DNA of 64,000 bases, taken from assembly GCA_047284725.1 (NCBI GenBank), contig JBJBEO010000001.1:1624203-1688202 (forward strand), written 5' to 3'. Below are positions 1 to 9,967 of the stretch, in pieces (position 1 is the stretch's first letter; each line of letters starts with the position of its first letter). This DNA comes from Synechococcus sp. (GTDB lineage: Bacteria; Cyanobacteriota; Cyanobacteriia; PCC-6307; Cyanobiaceae). The notes beneath the pieces were generated by a model. The model saw only the letters and a list, made by a program, of their open reading frames with translations. It was not told where the DNA came from and did not search any database. Made by a program: the position numbers and the translations under genes.

Positions 1-389
1 ATCTCTTTCAGAGCATCCATGACGTAATCCATCAGCTGCTTCCCCAGGCCGGATCCCTGATAAAGGGGATGAACGGCCACATCCCAGATCGTGGCGTCGA
101 GCACTCCATCGCCGGTGCAGCGGGCGAACCCCACCAAACGTGGCAAGCGGGGATCGTGGCGCCAGAGCCCCACGCAGATCAGGCTGTGCTCCAAGGCACG
201 ACGGACCCTGCGAACCGGGCGACGACTCCACCCCACCGACTCCAGAAGCCGCTCAAGCTCCACCAGATCCATCTCCCGCGTTTGGCTGAACACCAAACTC
301 ACCTGGGCATTGGGGGTCTGACACAGACGGGCCTTCTCGCCATAGGCCTGCACCATGACGTTCTGGGGGAGTGCAGGCTTTCCGATCAC
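1..389 (-). CDS. GNAT N-acetyltransferase, Ycf52-like (3' end runs off the window)
   Basis: Not in the ORF track. Manual translation gives ...LERLLESVGWSRRP...LVGFARCTGDGVLDATIWDVAVHPLYQGSGLGKQLM..., which contains GNAT motif A (QGxGxG). GTG start at 389 is tentative. Confidence 0.85.
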   Translation of the reverse strand, partial: MIGKPALPQNVMVQAYGEKARLCQTPNAQVSLVFSQTREMDLVELERLLESVGWSRRPVRRVRRALEHSLICVGLWRHDPRLPRLVGFARCTGDGVLDATIWDVAVHPLYQGSGLGKQLMDYVMDALKE

Positions 390-465
390 CCAGCCATTGC
401 AATAAGACCTCGATCTTGGCGTATCAGGCCCAGGCGTCACGGCATCCTGGTGAACCAGACCCAGA

Positions 466-1185
466 ATGATGCCCCTTTCACCCCTTGTCGTTGGTGTCCA
501 TGGCTGGCTGCTGAGCCACAAGGTCTGGGCTCCCCTCGAAGGGCTGTGGGACCCACCTGCCTCACCATGGCGTCTGTGGTGTCCCGACCTGCCAGGTTTT
601 GGCAGGCAACCGCGTCCACCAGGACTGAGGACCACGCTGACGGCCTACGGGCGATGGCTGGCTGAACGCGCCCTTGCCCAGGCGAGTGGGGAACCCATGG
701 TGCTGATGGGCCACTCCCTGGGCGCCAGCGTGGCGCTTCATGCGGCTCATCACCTGCAAGAACAAGCTACCGACAACCTCAAGGGCGTGATCTGCATCGC
801 TGCGGGAGGAGGCATCTACCAACCGCGCCCCTTCAACCGGTTACGCCTGAGCGGCCGACTGGCCGTAAAACTGAGACCAGCACTCCCACTCCCACTGGGG
901 CCATTCCAGGCGGAGGAGCGAGCGGCAGTGGGTCTGCTTGTCAACAGTACCTGCCGCGGAGCGATCAGGCAGATTCCCCAACTTGTCGCCGACCTTGATG
1001 TGGCCAATCTCTGGATCGGCGGCAGCAAGGATCAGGTGATGGAACAGGGCTATGTGCGACACCTGGCGGGCTACAGCCCCCAGCACAGGCTTTTGATGAT
1101 CGACAACTGCGGACACCTGCCCATGCAGACCCATGCCGCGGCCCTGAAGCAACACCTGAAAGCCTGGCTCGAGGAGCAACTCTGA
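466..1185 (+). CDS. alpha/beta fold hydrolase
   Basis: HGW, DLPGFG, GHSLG nucleophile elbow and C-terminal GH motif. Confidence 0.85.
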   Translation: MMPLSPLVVGVHGWLLSHKVWAPLEGLWDPPASPWRLWCPDLPGFGRQPRPPGLRTTLTAYGRWLAERALAQASGEPMVLMGHSLGASVALHAAHHLQEQATDNLKGVICIAAGGGIYQPRPFNRLRLSGRLAVKLRPALPLPLGPFQAEERAAVGLLVNSTCRGAIRQIPQLVADLDVANLWIGGSKDQVMEQGYVRHLAGYSPQHRLLMIDNCGHLPMQTHAAALKQHLKAWLEEQL

Positions 1186-1187
1186 AG

Positions 1188-2990
1188 TCAGAGCTTGGCC
1201 AGACCACGCTCCTGCAGATCAGCAAGTTCGGCGTACAGGCCGCCGCGGGCACGCAATTCAAGGTGCGTCCCCTCCTCAATCAACTCACCGCGACGCAACA
1301 CAAAGATCCGATCCGCCGCTTCCACCGTGGCGAGGCGGTGGGCGATTACTACGGCGGTGCGCTTCTCAAGAAGTCGATCGAGATCCCGTTGAAGGGTCGC
1401 TTCCGTGGAGGGATCCATGAAAGCCGTGGCTTCATCCATCACCAATACGGTGGGATTTCGGATCGCCACCCGTGTCACCGCCAGCAGCTGACGCTCACCG
1501 GACGAGAGGTTCCCACCCCGCTCCCGCAGGGTCGTATTCAACCCGTCGGGCAAGCGATCGAGCAGCGGCGCTAACCCCAGGTCATTGCAGATTCCACGGA
1601 GCTCGGCATCCTTGATCGGCACATCAAGGCGGAGATTATCGGCCACCGTTCCACTGAAGAGAAAGGTGTCCTGCAGCACCACACCGAGTTGACGGCGTAA
1701 GTCTTGCGTGGGAAGACTGCGGATGTCTTGGCCATCGAGAAGAATCCTTCCCTGCTGCGGTTCGTAGAGCCGGCAGAGCAAACGGATCACCGTGGTCTTG
1801 CCTGAACCGGTGGGCCCCACCAGGGCGACATGCTCGCCAGCAGCGATGCGAAAGCTGAGATTGCGAAGGATGGGTTCATCAGGCCGGTAGGCAAAGCTGA
1901 CGTTGTCAAACACCACTTCCCCTGCTTTGGCCTTGGGGCTGGCCAACTGCTTCACGGCAGGGACCTGATCAACGATCTCCAGGGGCTCCTCCAGCAGTTC
2001 ACCGATTCGCTCCACAGCGGTGAGTCCACCCTGAATCTGGGTGAAACGCTCTGCCAGCTGGCGCAGAGGATCAAAAAGCTTCTGGGAATAGAGGATGAAG
2101 GTGATGAGGGTACCGATCCCCATGGCACCGGCCGTCACCATCCAGCCACCAAAGGCCAGCACCACCGCGACGGCTCCCAGAGCCACCCATTCGATGAACG
2201 CGGAGATACTGCTGTCAAAAAAAATCGTGCCATTCACCGCTCGGCGATAGGCCTGGCCTGTGGAACGGAAGCGGTCACCGTTGACCGCCTCCCGGCGGAA
2301 CATCTGCACCACCTCAAGCCCCTGAAGGTTCTCCTGAAAATCAGCATTGAGCTGGGAGAGCTCTTCGCGAACACGGTAGTTGGCTTTGCGATAACGACGC
2401 TGTAGCCAGAGGATCGCCAAGGTGATGGGAATCTGGGCCGCCAGCAGCAGCAGACCGAGCCTCCACTCCACCAGCACCATCGTGGCCGCAATCACCACCA
2501 GGCTCACAAGATCACCCAGCACACCGACAGCCCCACTTGCGAACACCTCGGACAAGGCATCCACGTCGCTGGTGAGCCGTGTCAGCAACTTGCCGACGGG
2601 CATGCGGTCATGGAAACGCACCGACAGGTTCATCGCATGGGCGAAGAGGTCTTGGCGGACGCGTTCTGTCAGTCGGTATCCAATCGTCTGATTATTGGAC
2701 AACTGCAACCGTTGCAGCGCAAAGCGAAGCAGCACTGACAGCATCAGCACCACAACAATCCAACGCAACGCCTCCGCCAGCTCCATTCCCTGGAGCAGAG
2801 GCAGGACCGACTCGTTTGTATTGCCTGCAAAGCGGCGCATCACCGCGATGGCCTGTCCCACCAGCAACGGTTGAATCGCACCGGCCAGGGCCAGGGGCAA
2901 CAACAGCACAACCGTGAGAGCGAGTCGGCGGCGATCACGCCCCAGATAACGGCCAATACGCTTGACCCGGTGCAGATCGGAGCCAGCCAT
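1188..2990 (-). CDS. ABC exporter, fused permease/ATPase (MsbA/MdlB-like)
   Basis: N-terminal TM domain, GPTGSGKT, LSSGERQ, VLVMDEAT, IAHRL. Confidence 0.92.
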   Translation of the reverse strand: MAGSDLHRVKRIGRYLGRDRRRLALTVVLLLPLALAGAIQPLLVGQAIAVMRRFAGNTNESVLPLLQGMELAEALRWIVVVLMLSVLLRFALQRLQLSNNQTIGYRLTERVRQDLFAHAMNLSVRFHDRMPVGKLLTRLTSDVDALSEVFASGAVGVLGDLVSLVVIAATMVLVEWRLGLLLLAAQIPITLAILWLQRRYRKANYRVREELSQLNADFQENLQGLEVVQMFRREAVNGDRFRSTGQAYRRAVNGTIFFDSSISAFIEWVALGAVAVVLAFGGWMVTAGAMGIGTLITFILYSQKLFDPLRQLAERFTQIQGGLTAVERIGELLEEPLEIVDQVPAVKQLASPKAKAGEVVFDNVSFAYRPDEPILRNLSFRIAAGEHVALVGPTGSGKTTVIRLLCRLYEPQQGRILLDGQDIRSLPTQDLRRQLGVVLQDTFLFSGTVADNLRLDVPIKDAELRGICNDLGLAPLLDRLPDGLNTTLRERGGNLSSGERQLLAVTRVAIRNPTVLVMDEATAFMDPSTEATLQRDLDRLLEKRTAVVIAHRLATVEAADRIFVLRRGELIEEGTHLELRARGGLYAELADLQERGLAKL

Positions 2991-3643
2991 CAGGACGAAA
3001 CCGAAGCGTGGCCGGTCGCCACGCGCATGGCATCGACAATGTCCTGCAATTCACCTCGGTCAAGGCGCATCGACAGGGGGTGCCCCACCAGTCGAGCGGT
3101 GGTCTCAAACAAATCCTCAATGGCCACAAGGCCGTTGTCACGCAGAGTGCGACCTGTCGCGACAAGATCCACAATCGCCTCTGCAATGCCCGTGATCGGG
3201 CCCAGTTCCACTGAACCCGTGAGATGAACAAGCTCCACAGGAAGCTCCAAGGCATCGAAGTAATCGCGAGCACAACGGGTGAATTTGCTGGCCACGCGGC
3301 AATGGGGCGGCAGATCCGCGGCTCGCCGGTAGCCGCTGCTGTCTTTCACGGCAACCGCCATCCGACACCCACCGAAGTTGAGATCAACCAACTGGGCCAC
3401 CGGCATCTGGTGTTCGCGCAGAACGTCGTAACCGACCACGCCGAGTTGGGCCTGTCCATAGGCCACATACACGGGCACGTCGCCGTTGCGCACCAGCAGA
3501 GCCCGGGCTCGTCCGCAGCGGGACGGCACCATCAATTGCCGGTTATCGGGGTCGAGCACGGCAGAGAAATCGAGGCCGGCTGCAGCAAATCGGGCCACCG
3601 AATCCTTCAGCAGCGCCCCCTTGGCCAGAGCGACGGTGATCAT
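2990..3643 (-). CDS. hisG: ATP phosphoribosyltransferase, short form
   Basis: MITVALAKG start, [40 protein letters not shown]. Confidence 0.95.
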   Translation of the reverse strand: MITVALAKGALLKDSVARFAAAGLDFSAVLDPDNRQLMVPSRCGRARALLVRNGDVPVYVAYGQAQLGVVGYDVLREHQMPVAQLVDLNFGGCRMAVAVKDSSGYRRAADLPPHCRVASKFTRCARDYFDALELPVELVHLTGSVELGPITGIAEAIVDLVATGRTLRDNGLVAIEDLFETTARLVGHPLSMRLDRGELQDIVDAMRVATGHASVSS

Positions 3644-3672
3644 GGACTGATGCGTCGACCTGGACTTTAACG

Positions 3673-4458
3673 ATGCCCCCTTCCCCAGCGGTGCAGACGC
3701 CGTCACTCTCCGCGACTGACGGCATTAATCAACTGCCTGTGCTCAGCGACAACATCGTGTGGATCTGGGTGCGGATGCACCAGGCCGTGGTGGTGGACCC
3801 CGCCGTGGCCGAGCCCGTGATCCAGTGGCTGCAGCAGCGCAGGCTCAGCCTTCGTGCGGTGCTTCAGACCCATCACCATGCAGATCACATCGGCGGGACC
3901 CTGGAGCTTCTGACTCAGTGGCCCCAGGCGGATGTGATCGCGGCAGGGGCCGATCTGCAGCGGATTCCTTTCCAAACCGTGGCCGTGGCCGAAGGCGACC
4001 ACCTCACGTTGCTGGATCAGCCGGTGGAGGTGATCGAAGTCCCTGCGCACACCCGGCATCACATCGCCTTCTACCTACCTGCGGGAGCCCAGGAGGGCGA
4101 CAGTCCCGCTCTGTTTTGCGGCGACACCCTGTTCGGCGCTGGCTGTGGCCGCTTGTTTGAGGGGAGCGCCGCCGACATGCATCGGGCCTTGCAGAAACTG
4201 GGACGCCTGCCGGACAGCACCTCCGTGCACTGCGCGCACGAATACACGGAGGCCAACCTGAACTGGGCAGCCCAGCAGCGTCCTGAGGATCCCAACATCG
4301 GCACCCGTCTCCAACAGGTGCGTGCCTTACGCCTTCGAGGGGAAAGCAGCATGCCCAGCTCGATCGGCATCGAGCACCGCACCAACCTTTTTCTTCAGGC
4401 CCAGACTCCACAGGCCTTGGCCAATCTGCGTCAGCACAAGGATCACTGGAAGGGCTGA
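3673..4458 (+). CDS. gloB: hydroxyacylglutathione hydrolase (glyoxalase II)
   Basis: [39 protein letters not shown]. Confidence 0.93.
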   Translation: MPPSPAVQTPSLSATDGINQLPVLSDNIVWIWVRMHQAVVVDPAVAEPVIQWLQQRRLSLRAVLQTHHHADHIGGTLELLTQWPQADVIAAGADLQRIPFQTVAVAEGDHLTLLDQPVEVIEVPAHTRHHIAFYLPAGAQEGDSPALFCGDTLFGAGCGRLFEGSAADMHRALQKLGRLPDSTSVHCAHEYTEANLNWAAQQRPEDPNIGTRLQQVRALRLRGESSMPSSIGIEHRTNLFLQAQTPQALANLRQHKDHWKG

Positions 4459-5597
4459 ACCTCCACCGCCAAGGGAATGCGGTCTGGGAACAGCAGAACG
4501 ACTTCCCCAGACCTCAAGGCCAGGCGACAGCGGGTGCCGCGGCGATGATCGTGGTGCAAGGGCAGGCACAGACGCAGTTGCTGCCCGCCTGCCTCAACCC
4601 GATAGAGCCATTCGCGACCAAGAAACTCCCGACCCATGACACAGGCCTCGCCATCAGGATCAAGGCGAAGCTCGATCGCGGCCGGGTCGACCAGCAGCAC
4701 AGGGGCATCGCTGGGCACTGAGGCGAGCGCTTCGGCGTCGCGATCACCGGAAGCCTCTGGCGTCGCGGAGTCAGGAAGTCTGTGCAAAGCGCCCAGCAGA
4801 CAACTCCAGCGATCCCTGCCATGACGCTGCACTGGAAGCAAATTGGCCTGAAGAACGAACCGTCCCACAAAGGGCGAGGCCGGTGACTCCACCAGGGTGC
4901 GCGGCGAGGCGCATTGATGCAGCACACCGTCCTGCATCACCGCAACCCTGTCACAAATGGCCAGAGCCTCTCCTGGGTCGTGGGTCACGAGCACCCCAGA
5001 GGTGCCGCATCGATTCAGCACTGCTGGCAACTCACTGCGAAGCCGCAGGCGCACTTCCACATCCAGATTGGAGAAGGGTTCATCGAGCAGCACCACTGCC
5101 GGCGCCGGCGCCAAGGCCCGGGCCAGAGCCAGACGTTGACGCTGCCCGCCTGAGAGCTGATGGGGATAGCGCTTGGTCAGCCGCTCCAGTCCGAGTAACT
5201 CAAGCAACCAAGCCGCCCGGCTGGTGTCCTGGCCAGGACGCAGACCGAAACAGGTGTTGTCCCAGGCGGTGAGATGGGGGAAGAGGGCATAGTCCTGAAA
5301 CACCATGCCCACGCCCCGGCGTTCAGGCGGTAACCAGCGCTGGGGCGTGGCCACCGACTGACCATGCATGCGCACCTCACCGAGAGACGGCACTTCAAAC
5401 CCGGCAATCAGCCGCAAAAGCGTGGTTTTGCCGCAGCCCGAAGGCCCCAGCAAACCGACCAACTCCCCAGGCTGCAGACACAGATCAATCCCTTGCAGCG
5501 TCCAATCCGCATTGGCGGAGCGGTAGCGGTGCCAGAGCCCCTTCACCTCGACCGGGGCAGCTGCCGTCTCGGCCTCACCCGAGGATCGTTGTGTCAC
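4443..5597 (-). CDS. ABC transporter ATP-binding subunit, Fe3+/polyamine type (FutC-like)
   Basis: [34 protein letters not shown] and TOBE-like tail. GTG start estimated. No adjacent permease. Confidence 0.8.
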   Translation of the reverse strand: MTQRSSGEAETAAAPVEVKGLWHRYRSANADWTLQGIDLCLQPGELVGLLGPSGCGKTTLLRLIAGFEVPSLGEVRMHGQSVATPQRWLPPERRGVGMVFQDYALFPHLTAWDNTCFGLRPGQDTSRAAWLLELLGLERLTKRYPHQLSGGQRQRLALARALAPAPAVVLLDEPFSNLDVEVRLRLRSELPAVLNRCGTSGVLVTHDPGEALAICDRVAVMQDGVLHQCASPRTLVESPASPFVGRFVLQANLLPVQRHGRDRWSCLLGALHRLPDSATPEASGDRDAEALASVPSDAPVLLVDPAAIELRLDPDGEACVMGREFLGREWLYRVEAGGQQLRLCLPLHHDHRRGTRCRLALRSGEVVLLFPDRIPLAVEVQPFQ

Positions 5598-5684
5598 AGA
5601 CAGATCTCCGGTCACCGTCAAAACGAAGGGCTCCCCGCCGTGAACACCGAGGGCGATGATGCAGGTCCATTGTGCGTCTCCACC

Positions 5685-6083
5685 ATGTCGACATCCCCGA
5701 CTCAGGCGGTCACCACCACAGCCGCCCCAGCGCCGGTCGGCCCTTACAACCAAGCCATCAAGGCTGGTGACTGGCTTTACTGCTCAGGGCAGATTCCTCT
5801 CGACCCCGTCACCGGAGCCATGGTGGGCAATGGTGATGTGGAAGCCGAAACCCGTCAGGTGCTCAAGAATCTTTATGCAGTGCTGAAGGAAGCCGGCACC
5901 GATCCATCACGTGTCGTTCGCACCACGGTGTTCCTGGCCGATCTGAACGACTTCCAAAGGGTGAATGCCTTGTATGCGGAGATGTTCGGCACGGGCGTGA
6001 GCCCTGCAAGGGCCTGCGTTCAAGTGGCGGCACTCCCCAAAGGCGCAAGGGTGGAAATCGACTGTGTCGCTTATCTGGGCTAA
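5685..6083 (+). CDS. RidA/YjgF family enamine deaminase
   Basis: APAPVGPYNQA, SGQIPLDP, PARACVQVAALPKGARVEI. Confidence 0.92.
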   Translation: MSTSPTQAVTTTAAPAPVGPYNQAIKAGDWLYCSGQIPLDPVTGAMVGNGDVEAETRQVLKNLYAVLKEAGTDPSRVVRTTVFLADLNDFQRVNALYAEMFGTGVSPARACVQVAALPKGARVEIDCVAYLG

Positions 6084-6145
6084 GGGGCAGAATCCACTGA
6101 AGCGTCAGACGGTTTCATAGGTTAAGTGTTAAGCCGCGAAATCCC

Positions 6146-6370
6146 ATGGCCCAGGCCAAGCACACCATCGGTGAACTCGAAGCGGGATATCCCCTCTACT
6201 GCAAAGCGCTGCGTCGCCTGCTCAAGGAGGGGAGAAGCATTGAAGACATCAAGAAAACGGTGTGCTGGGGGCACCTCGAGAACCTCAACCGCTGTCTTCC
6301 TGGCCGCTACAAAGACCCCTCTTACCTGTTGGCCCTGATCCGCCGCGATCTTGAAGCCCCCAAGGATTGA
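6146..6370 (+). CDS. small conserved picocyanobacterial protein (DUF3136-like)
   Basis: TIGELEAGYPLYCKALRRL...TVCWGHL signature recalled for this family. Confidence 0.75.
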   Translation: MAQAKHTIGELEAGYPLYCKALRRLLKEGRSIEDIKKTVCWGHLENLNRCLPGRYKDPSYLLALIRRDLEAPKD

Positions 6371-6389
6371 GCTGCGTTAGGGCATCGCC

Positions 6390-7050
6390 TCAAGGGGCTG
6401 CGTAAGAGACCCTGCTTCTGAGGATGTTCTCGGCATCGATCGTGATCAGTTCATCGCGGCGCATCGGTTCTCCCATTCGGGACAACAAACGGTTGGCCTG
6501 GAGCCGTCGCATGCGATCAATGCCATGACGAATCGAGCGAGCATTGGCGAACAACAGGAGCATCCTGCGACGACGGATTGAATCAGCGAACACCGCAAAT
6601 GCACCATCATTATTCGACAGCACTGCTGCCGCAACAACAATCGAGCAATCGCCATCGATTCATCATCGCTGTAATCAGGACAATCATCGAAGGCCTCCAT
6701 TTCTGCTTCTAACCTGCAAAGATCACCCAAAAATCGCCACGGAGCCTCTCCATATCGCTGAGAAGCGACTACAAGACCTTTACGGACATAACCGAGACGT
6801 TAAAGATCTGAGGCATTTTCTCCGCCACCGTGGTCTTTCCCGTGCCAGGACGACCCGTCAACGACCTCTGCAGACCGGGCACGTCACTGGTGAGACTGAG
6901 ACGGCGGCGTGCCTTCTCCACCAACAACAGAGCAGCGATCTCGCGAATTCAGGTTTTCACGGGACGCAAGCCGATCAGATCCTGATTCAACTGATCCAGC
7001 ACACAGCGACACCAAAATCGGCGTAACAGGTCGCTCAATCAATCGAGCAA
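6390..7050 (-). pseudogene. cbbX: cbbX (AAA+ Rubisco activase family) pseudogene
   Basis: Fragments in shifting frames: SID*ATCYADFGVA / [27 protein letters not shown]...[12 protein letters not shown] / RLGYVRKG / VIFAG* / PDYS / FANARSIR..IDR.R..QANRL. It has three stops, several frameshifts and internal deletions, and sits at the usual position after acRAF. Confidence 0.88.
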
Positions 7051-7293
7051 TCGATCCACTCCAGCCGCAAAGGCATGGTCTTCATCGTCAAGAAGAGCAC
7101 CCTCACTTTCATCAAGGGGTCGCAGAGTGATATTCACATACGTGCGACCGAAACTGATATCAGGGAAACGCTGGGTTTCTTCGCTGAATGAGCCCAAACG
7201 ATCAAGGAAATCGCGTGTAGCGCTGTAAGTCTCGAACTCGAAGCGACGCTCAAGTCTTATTGGACGTTTGCGCTCTTCCCACCCGTGCTTCAC
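7039..7293 (-). CDS. pterin-4a-carbinolamine dehydratase-like Rubisco assembly factor (acRAF)
   Basis: WEERKRP.RLERRFEF..Y..TRDFLD.L, FPDISFGRTYVNITL, and position in the cso locus. Confidence 0.88.
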   Translation of the reverse strand: MKHGWEERKRPIRLERRFEFETYSATRDFLDRLGSFSEETQRFPDISFGRTYVNITLRPLDESEGALLDDEDHAFAAGVDRLLD

Positions 7294-7319
7294 AGAACCA
7301 GATGCAGTCTGTGCTGAAC

Positions 7320-8456
7320 CTAGATCAACGCATCTCGACGGCAGCCCATCAAGCGCTCGGACCAGGCCTTGGCGTGAGCACGATTGGCCTCGATGGCTGC
7401 AGGGTCTGAGCTGTCGAGGGGATGGGGCATGGTGCCGGCAATGGCTCCGTTGGTGACGCAGAACATGGATTTCTGGAAACTGATGCAGATCTGGACATGG
7501 GCATCAACCTGACCACGACCATGGCTGTCGTACCAAGAGCTCAGCTCCTCAGGAAGATTGCGGAACATATCCGACATGCAGAGGCTGGGGGGAATGCCAG
7601 CACCCATGCTGGGAATCGGATCGGCATACAGAGCCCCGTATTGAAAGCTGCTGATATCGGGGGCAATTTGCTGGGCTTGGGCGTTGTAGGAAACAGTTCC
7701 AAGGAAGGGCATGCCCCTGAAAAACACTGCCTCCACGTAAGGAACAGCCACATCCATCAGAAAGGTCAGACCCGCTTCGGGGGGAAGAATCCAGATCTCC
7801 TCGTCTCCCTCCTTCACTTGGTACGTGATCGGATGGGCTGCAGCGGTCACCAGGCCATCACGGATGTGATGCACCACATCATTGACGCAAGCGACTTCGC
7901 CGATTCTGTAGCGACGTGCGAGATCGATGAAGATGTCGCTCATCACACGCCAGAACAAGCCCAAGGCGTAGATGGTGGTGAGAGATCGAATCGACTCCGG
8001 GGCAAACGCAGGGAACAAACGATTGATCGTCGCCATCAGTGGATCGCGGCGACAACGGAGGCGAATGATCCGATCACAAGCCTCGAGGAAAGGCTCAGTG
8101 TCGAAATAAGCATCCATGCCACCGGTGGCATGCCAGAACATCGCCTTCTGGCAATACTCCGCATACTCAAAATTGATGCGATCACCCATCAGGTGTTTCC
8201 AGAGGCGATCGAAGGAAAAGCCCTCATGGAAAAAGCGCATCACAGGGAAGGGCTTCAGAAGCTGTGTTTCCCCCTGAAACACCAAATTCCGGCTGTAGGC
8301 ATCGAGAACGATGCCGTAGCTCTCGAGCACATTGACCACCTGAAGAAGATGGTCAGGGGTATCAGCCAGTAAGGGACGATCCGACAGCAGTCGAGCCATC
8401 AGCTCATCGAGCTCAGGGATGGCCTGGGTGGCGTGGGGAGTCTGGGTCACAGTCAT
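7320..8456 (-). CDS. cupB: CO2 hydration protein CupB/ChpX
   Basis: LESYGIVLDAYSRNL, DRINFEYAEYC, VSYNAQA, YGALYADP, GAGIPP. 378 aa fits CupB and it lies next to ndhD4/F4. Confidence 0.9.
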   Translation of the reverse strand: MTVTQTPHATQAIPELDELMARLLSDRPLLADTPDHLLQVVNVLESYGIVLDAYSRNLVFQGETQLLKPFPVMRFFHEGFSFDRLWKHLMGDRINFEYAEYCQKAMFWHATGGMDAYFDTEPFLEACDRIIRLRCRRDPLMATINRLFPAFAPESIRSLTTIYALGLFWRVMSDIFIDLARRYRIGEVACVNDVVHHIRDGLVTAAAHPITYQVKEGDEEIWILPPEAGLTFLMDVAVPYVEAVFFRGMPFLGTVSYNAQAQQIAPDISSFQYGALYADPIPSMGAGIPPSLCMSDMFRNLPEELSSWYDSHGRGQVDAHVQICISFQKSMFCVTNGAIAGTMPHPLDSSDPAAIEANRAHAKAWSERLMGCRRDALI

Positions 8457-9961
8457 CAGAAAAGGCCTCCAGAGATCGACGTGACCGCGAGTTGGCTGAG
8501 GCCTGTGGTGGCCGCTTCACTCAGGCCCACCAGCAAGTGGGGGACAAGACCAAGCACGAGGACACCAAGAGACAGGAGGATGGCTGGCATCTGCTGAGCA
8601 AGAGGTACTGGGGAAAGAACCCGTGGCATGGGGTCCTGGCCTGCAGCGATGGCCAGACGACCAAAGAATGCTCGGTTGACCAAAAGCAGGAAATAAACGG
8701 CGGTCAAGCCGGATCCCACCATGCTCATCAGCGTGGACACAGGGAAGGGCCCAAGGCTTCCACGGAAGATGAGGAATTCGGAAATAAATCCAGCCATCCC
8801 TGGAATACCTGCACTGGCCATCACTCCGATAATCATCAGGGTGCCGCTGAGAGGCAGACCTCGCTGCGGATTCAGCAGGCCTCGCAGGATATTGAGATCA
8901 CGGGTGCCGGTGCGGTCATAAACAACGCCAACAACAAGAAAGAGGATGGCCGAGATCAGGCCATGACTCACCATCTGGAACAGAGCACCAATCAAACCAA
9001 GAGGGGTTGCAGCCGCAGCCGCCAGAAGCACGTAGCCCATATGGCCAACGGAGCTGTAGGCAACCATCTTCTTCATGTCCGTTTGGGCGATGGCAGCAAG
9101 GGAGCCATAAAGGACGGAAACTGCGGCCCAACCTGCCATCCATGGCGCTGCCAATTGCCATGCCTCGGGGAAAAGGCCAAGGCAGAAGCGCAGCAAGCCA
9201 TAAGTTCCAAGCTTCAAAAGCACCCCTGCCAACAACACAGACACGGGTGTGGAGGCCTCGGTGTGAGCATCCGGAAGCCAGGTATGGAAGGGGAAGAGAG
9301 GGATCTTGATACCAAAACCGATCAGCAATGCTCCCATCAGCAGCAGTTGGGTCGCGATCGGTAATGCGCCAGGCATCACCGGATTGAGACTGAAGTCGAC
9401 ACTCCCTGACAGGAGAGCTAAGCCGAGGAAGGCAGCGAGGATCAGAATCCCCGAAACGGCAGTGACGATCAGAAACTTAGTGGAGGCGTAGGCCCTGTTG
9501 GCCCCTCCCCAGATGGCAATCAACAACCAGAGAGGGATCAATTCCAGTTCATAGAACAGGAAGAAGAGAAGGAGATTCTGGGCCAGAAAAGCACCGTTGA
9601 CCGCTCCACTGATCACCAGCAGGAGTGCGAAGTAAATCCTGGGGCGATTCTCGATGGTGCGGGAGGCCAGAGCCGCAACCAAGCACAGCACTCCATTCAT
9701 CAGCACCAGAGGCATGGAGAGGCCATCCACTGCCAACGCATAATCCAGACCAATGCTGGGAAGCCAGGCGGCCTGCTCAATCAACTGAAGACCTGAGTCA
9801 GCTGGATTGAAGGGAATCAGCAGAGCTGCACTGGCAACGCATTGAGCCACAAGCACAACTGCTGTCAACGAGCGAAAAAAAGCACTGGTGCGATCACCTG
9901 GAATCAATGTGATCAGGAATGCTCCCAGGAAGGGAATGAGGAGAAGAAGAGAGAGGAGCAT
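8456..9961 (-). CDS. ndhD4: NDH-1 subunit D4 (CO2 uptake)
   Basis: NuoM family motifs FFLFYELELIP, KIPLFPFHTWLPDAH, AYSSVGHMG, plus context. Confidence 0.9.
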   Translation of the reverse strand: MLLSLLLLIPFLGAFLITLIPGDRTSAFFRSLTAVVLVAQCVASAALLIPFNPADSGLQLIEQAAWLPSIGLDYALAVDGLSMPLVLMNGVLCLVAALASRTIENRPRIYFALLLVISGAVNGAFLAQNLLLFFLFYELELIPLWLLIAIWGGANRAYASTKFLIVTAVSGILILAAFLGLALLSGSVDFSLNPVMPGALPIATQLLLMGALLIGFGIKIPLFPFHTWLPDAHTEASTPVSVLLAGVLLKLGTYGLLRFCLGLFPEAWQLAAPWMAGWAAVSVLYGSLAAIAQTDMKKMVAYSSVGHMGYVLLAAAAATPLGLIGALFQMVSHGLISAILFLVVGVVYDRTGTRDLNILRGLLNPQRGLPLSGTLMIIGVMASAGIPGMAGFISEFLIFRGSLGPFPVSTLMSMVGSGLTAVYFLLLVNRAFFGRLAIAAGQDPMPRVLSPVPLAQQMPAILLSLGVLVLGLVPHLLVGLSEAATTGLSQLAVTSISGGLF

Positions 9962-9967
9962 CGTTGA

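Noticed and set aside
6119..6134. GTTAAG direct repeat upstream of the DUF3136-like gene
   Set aside because: Too short, and a poor match to the response-regulator boxes I know.
6390..6730. Track ORFs 6390-6623 and 6446-6730 as independent small genes
   Set aside because: Both are fragments of the cbbX pseudogene.
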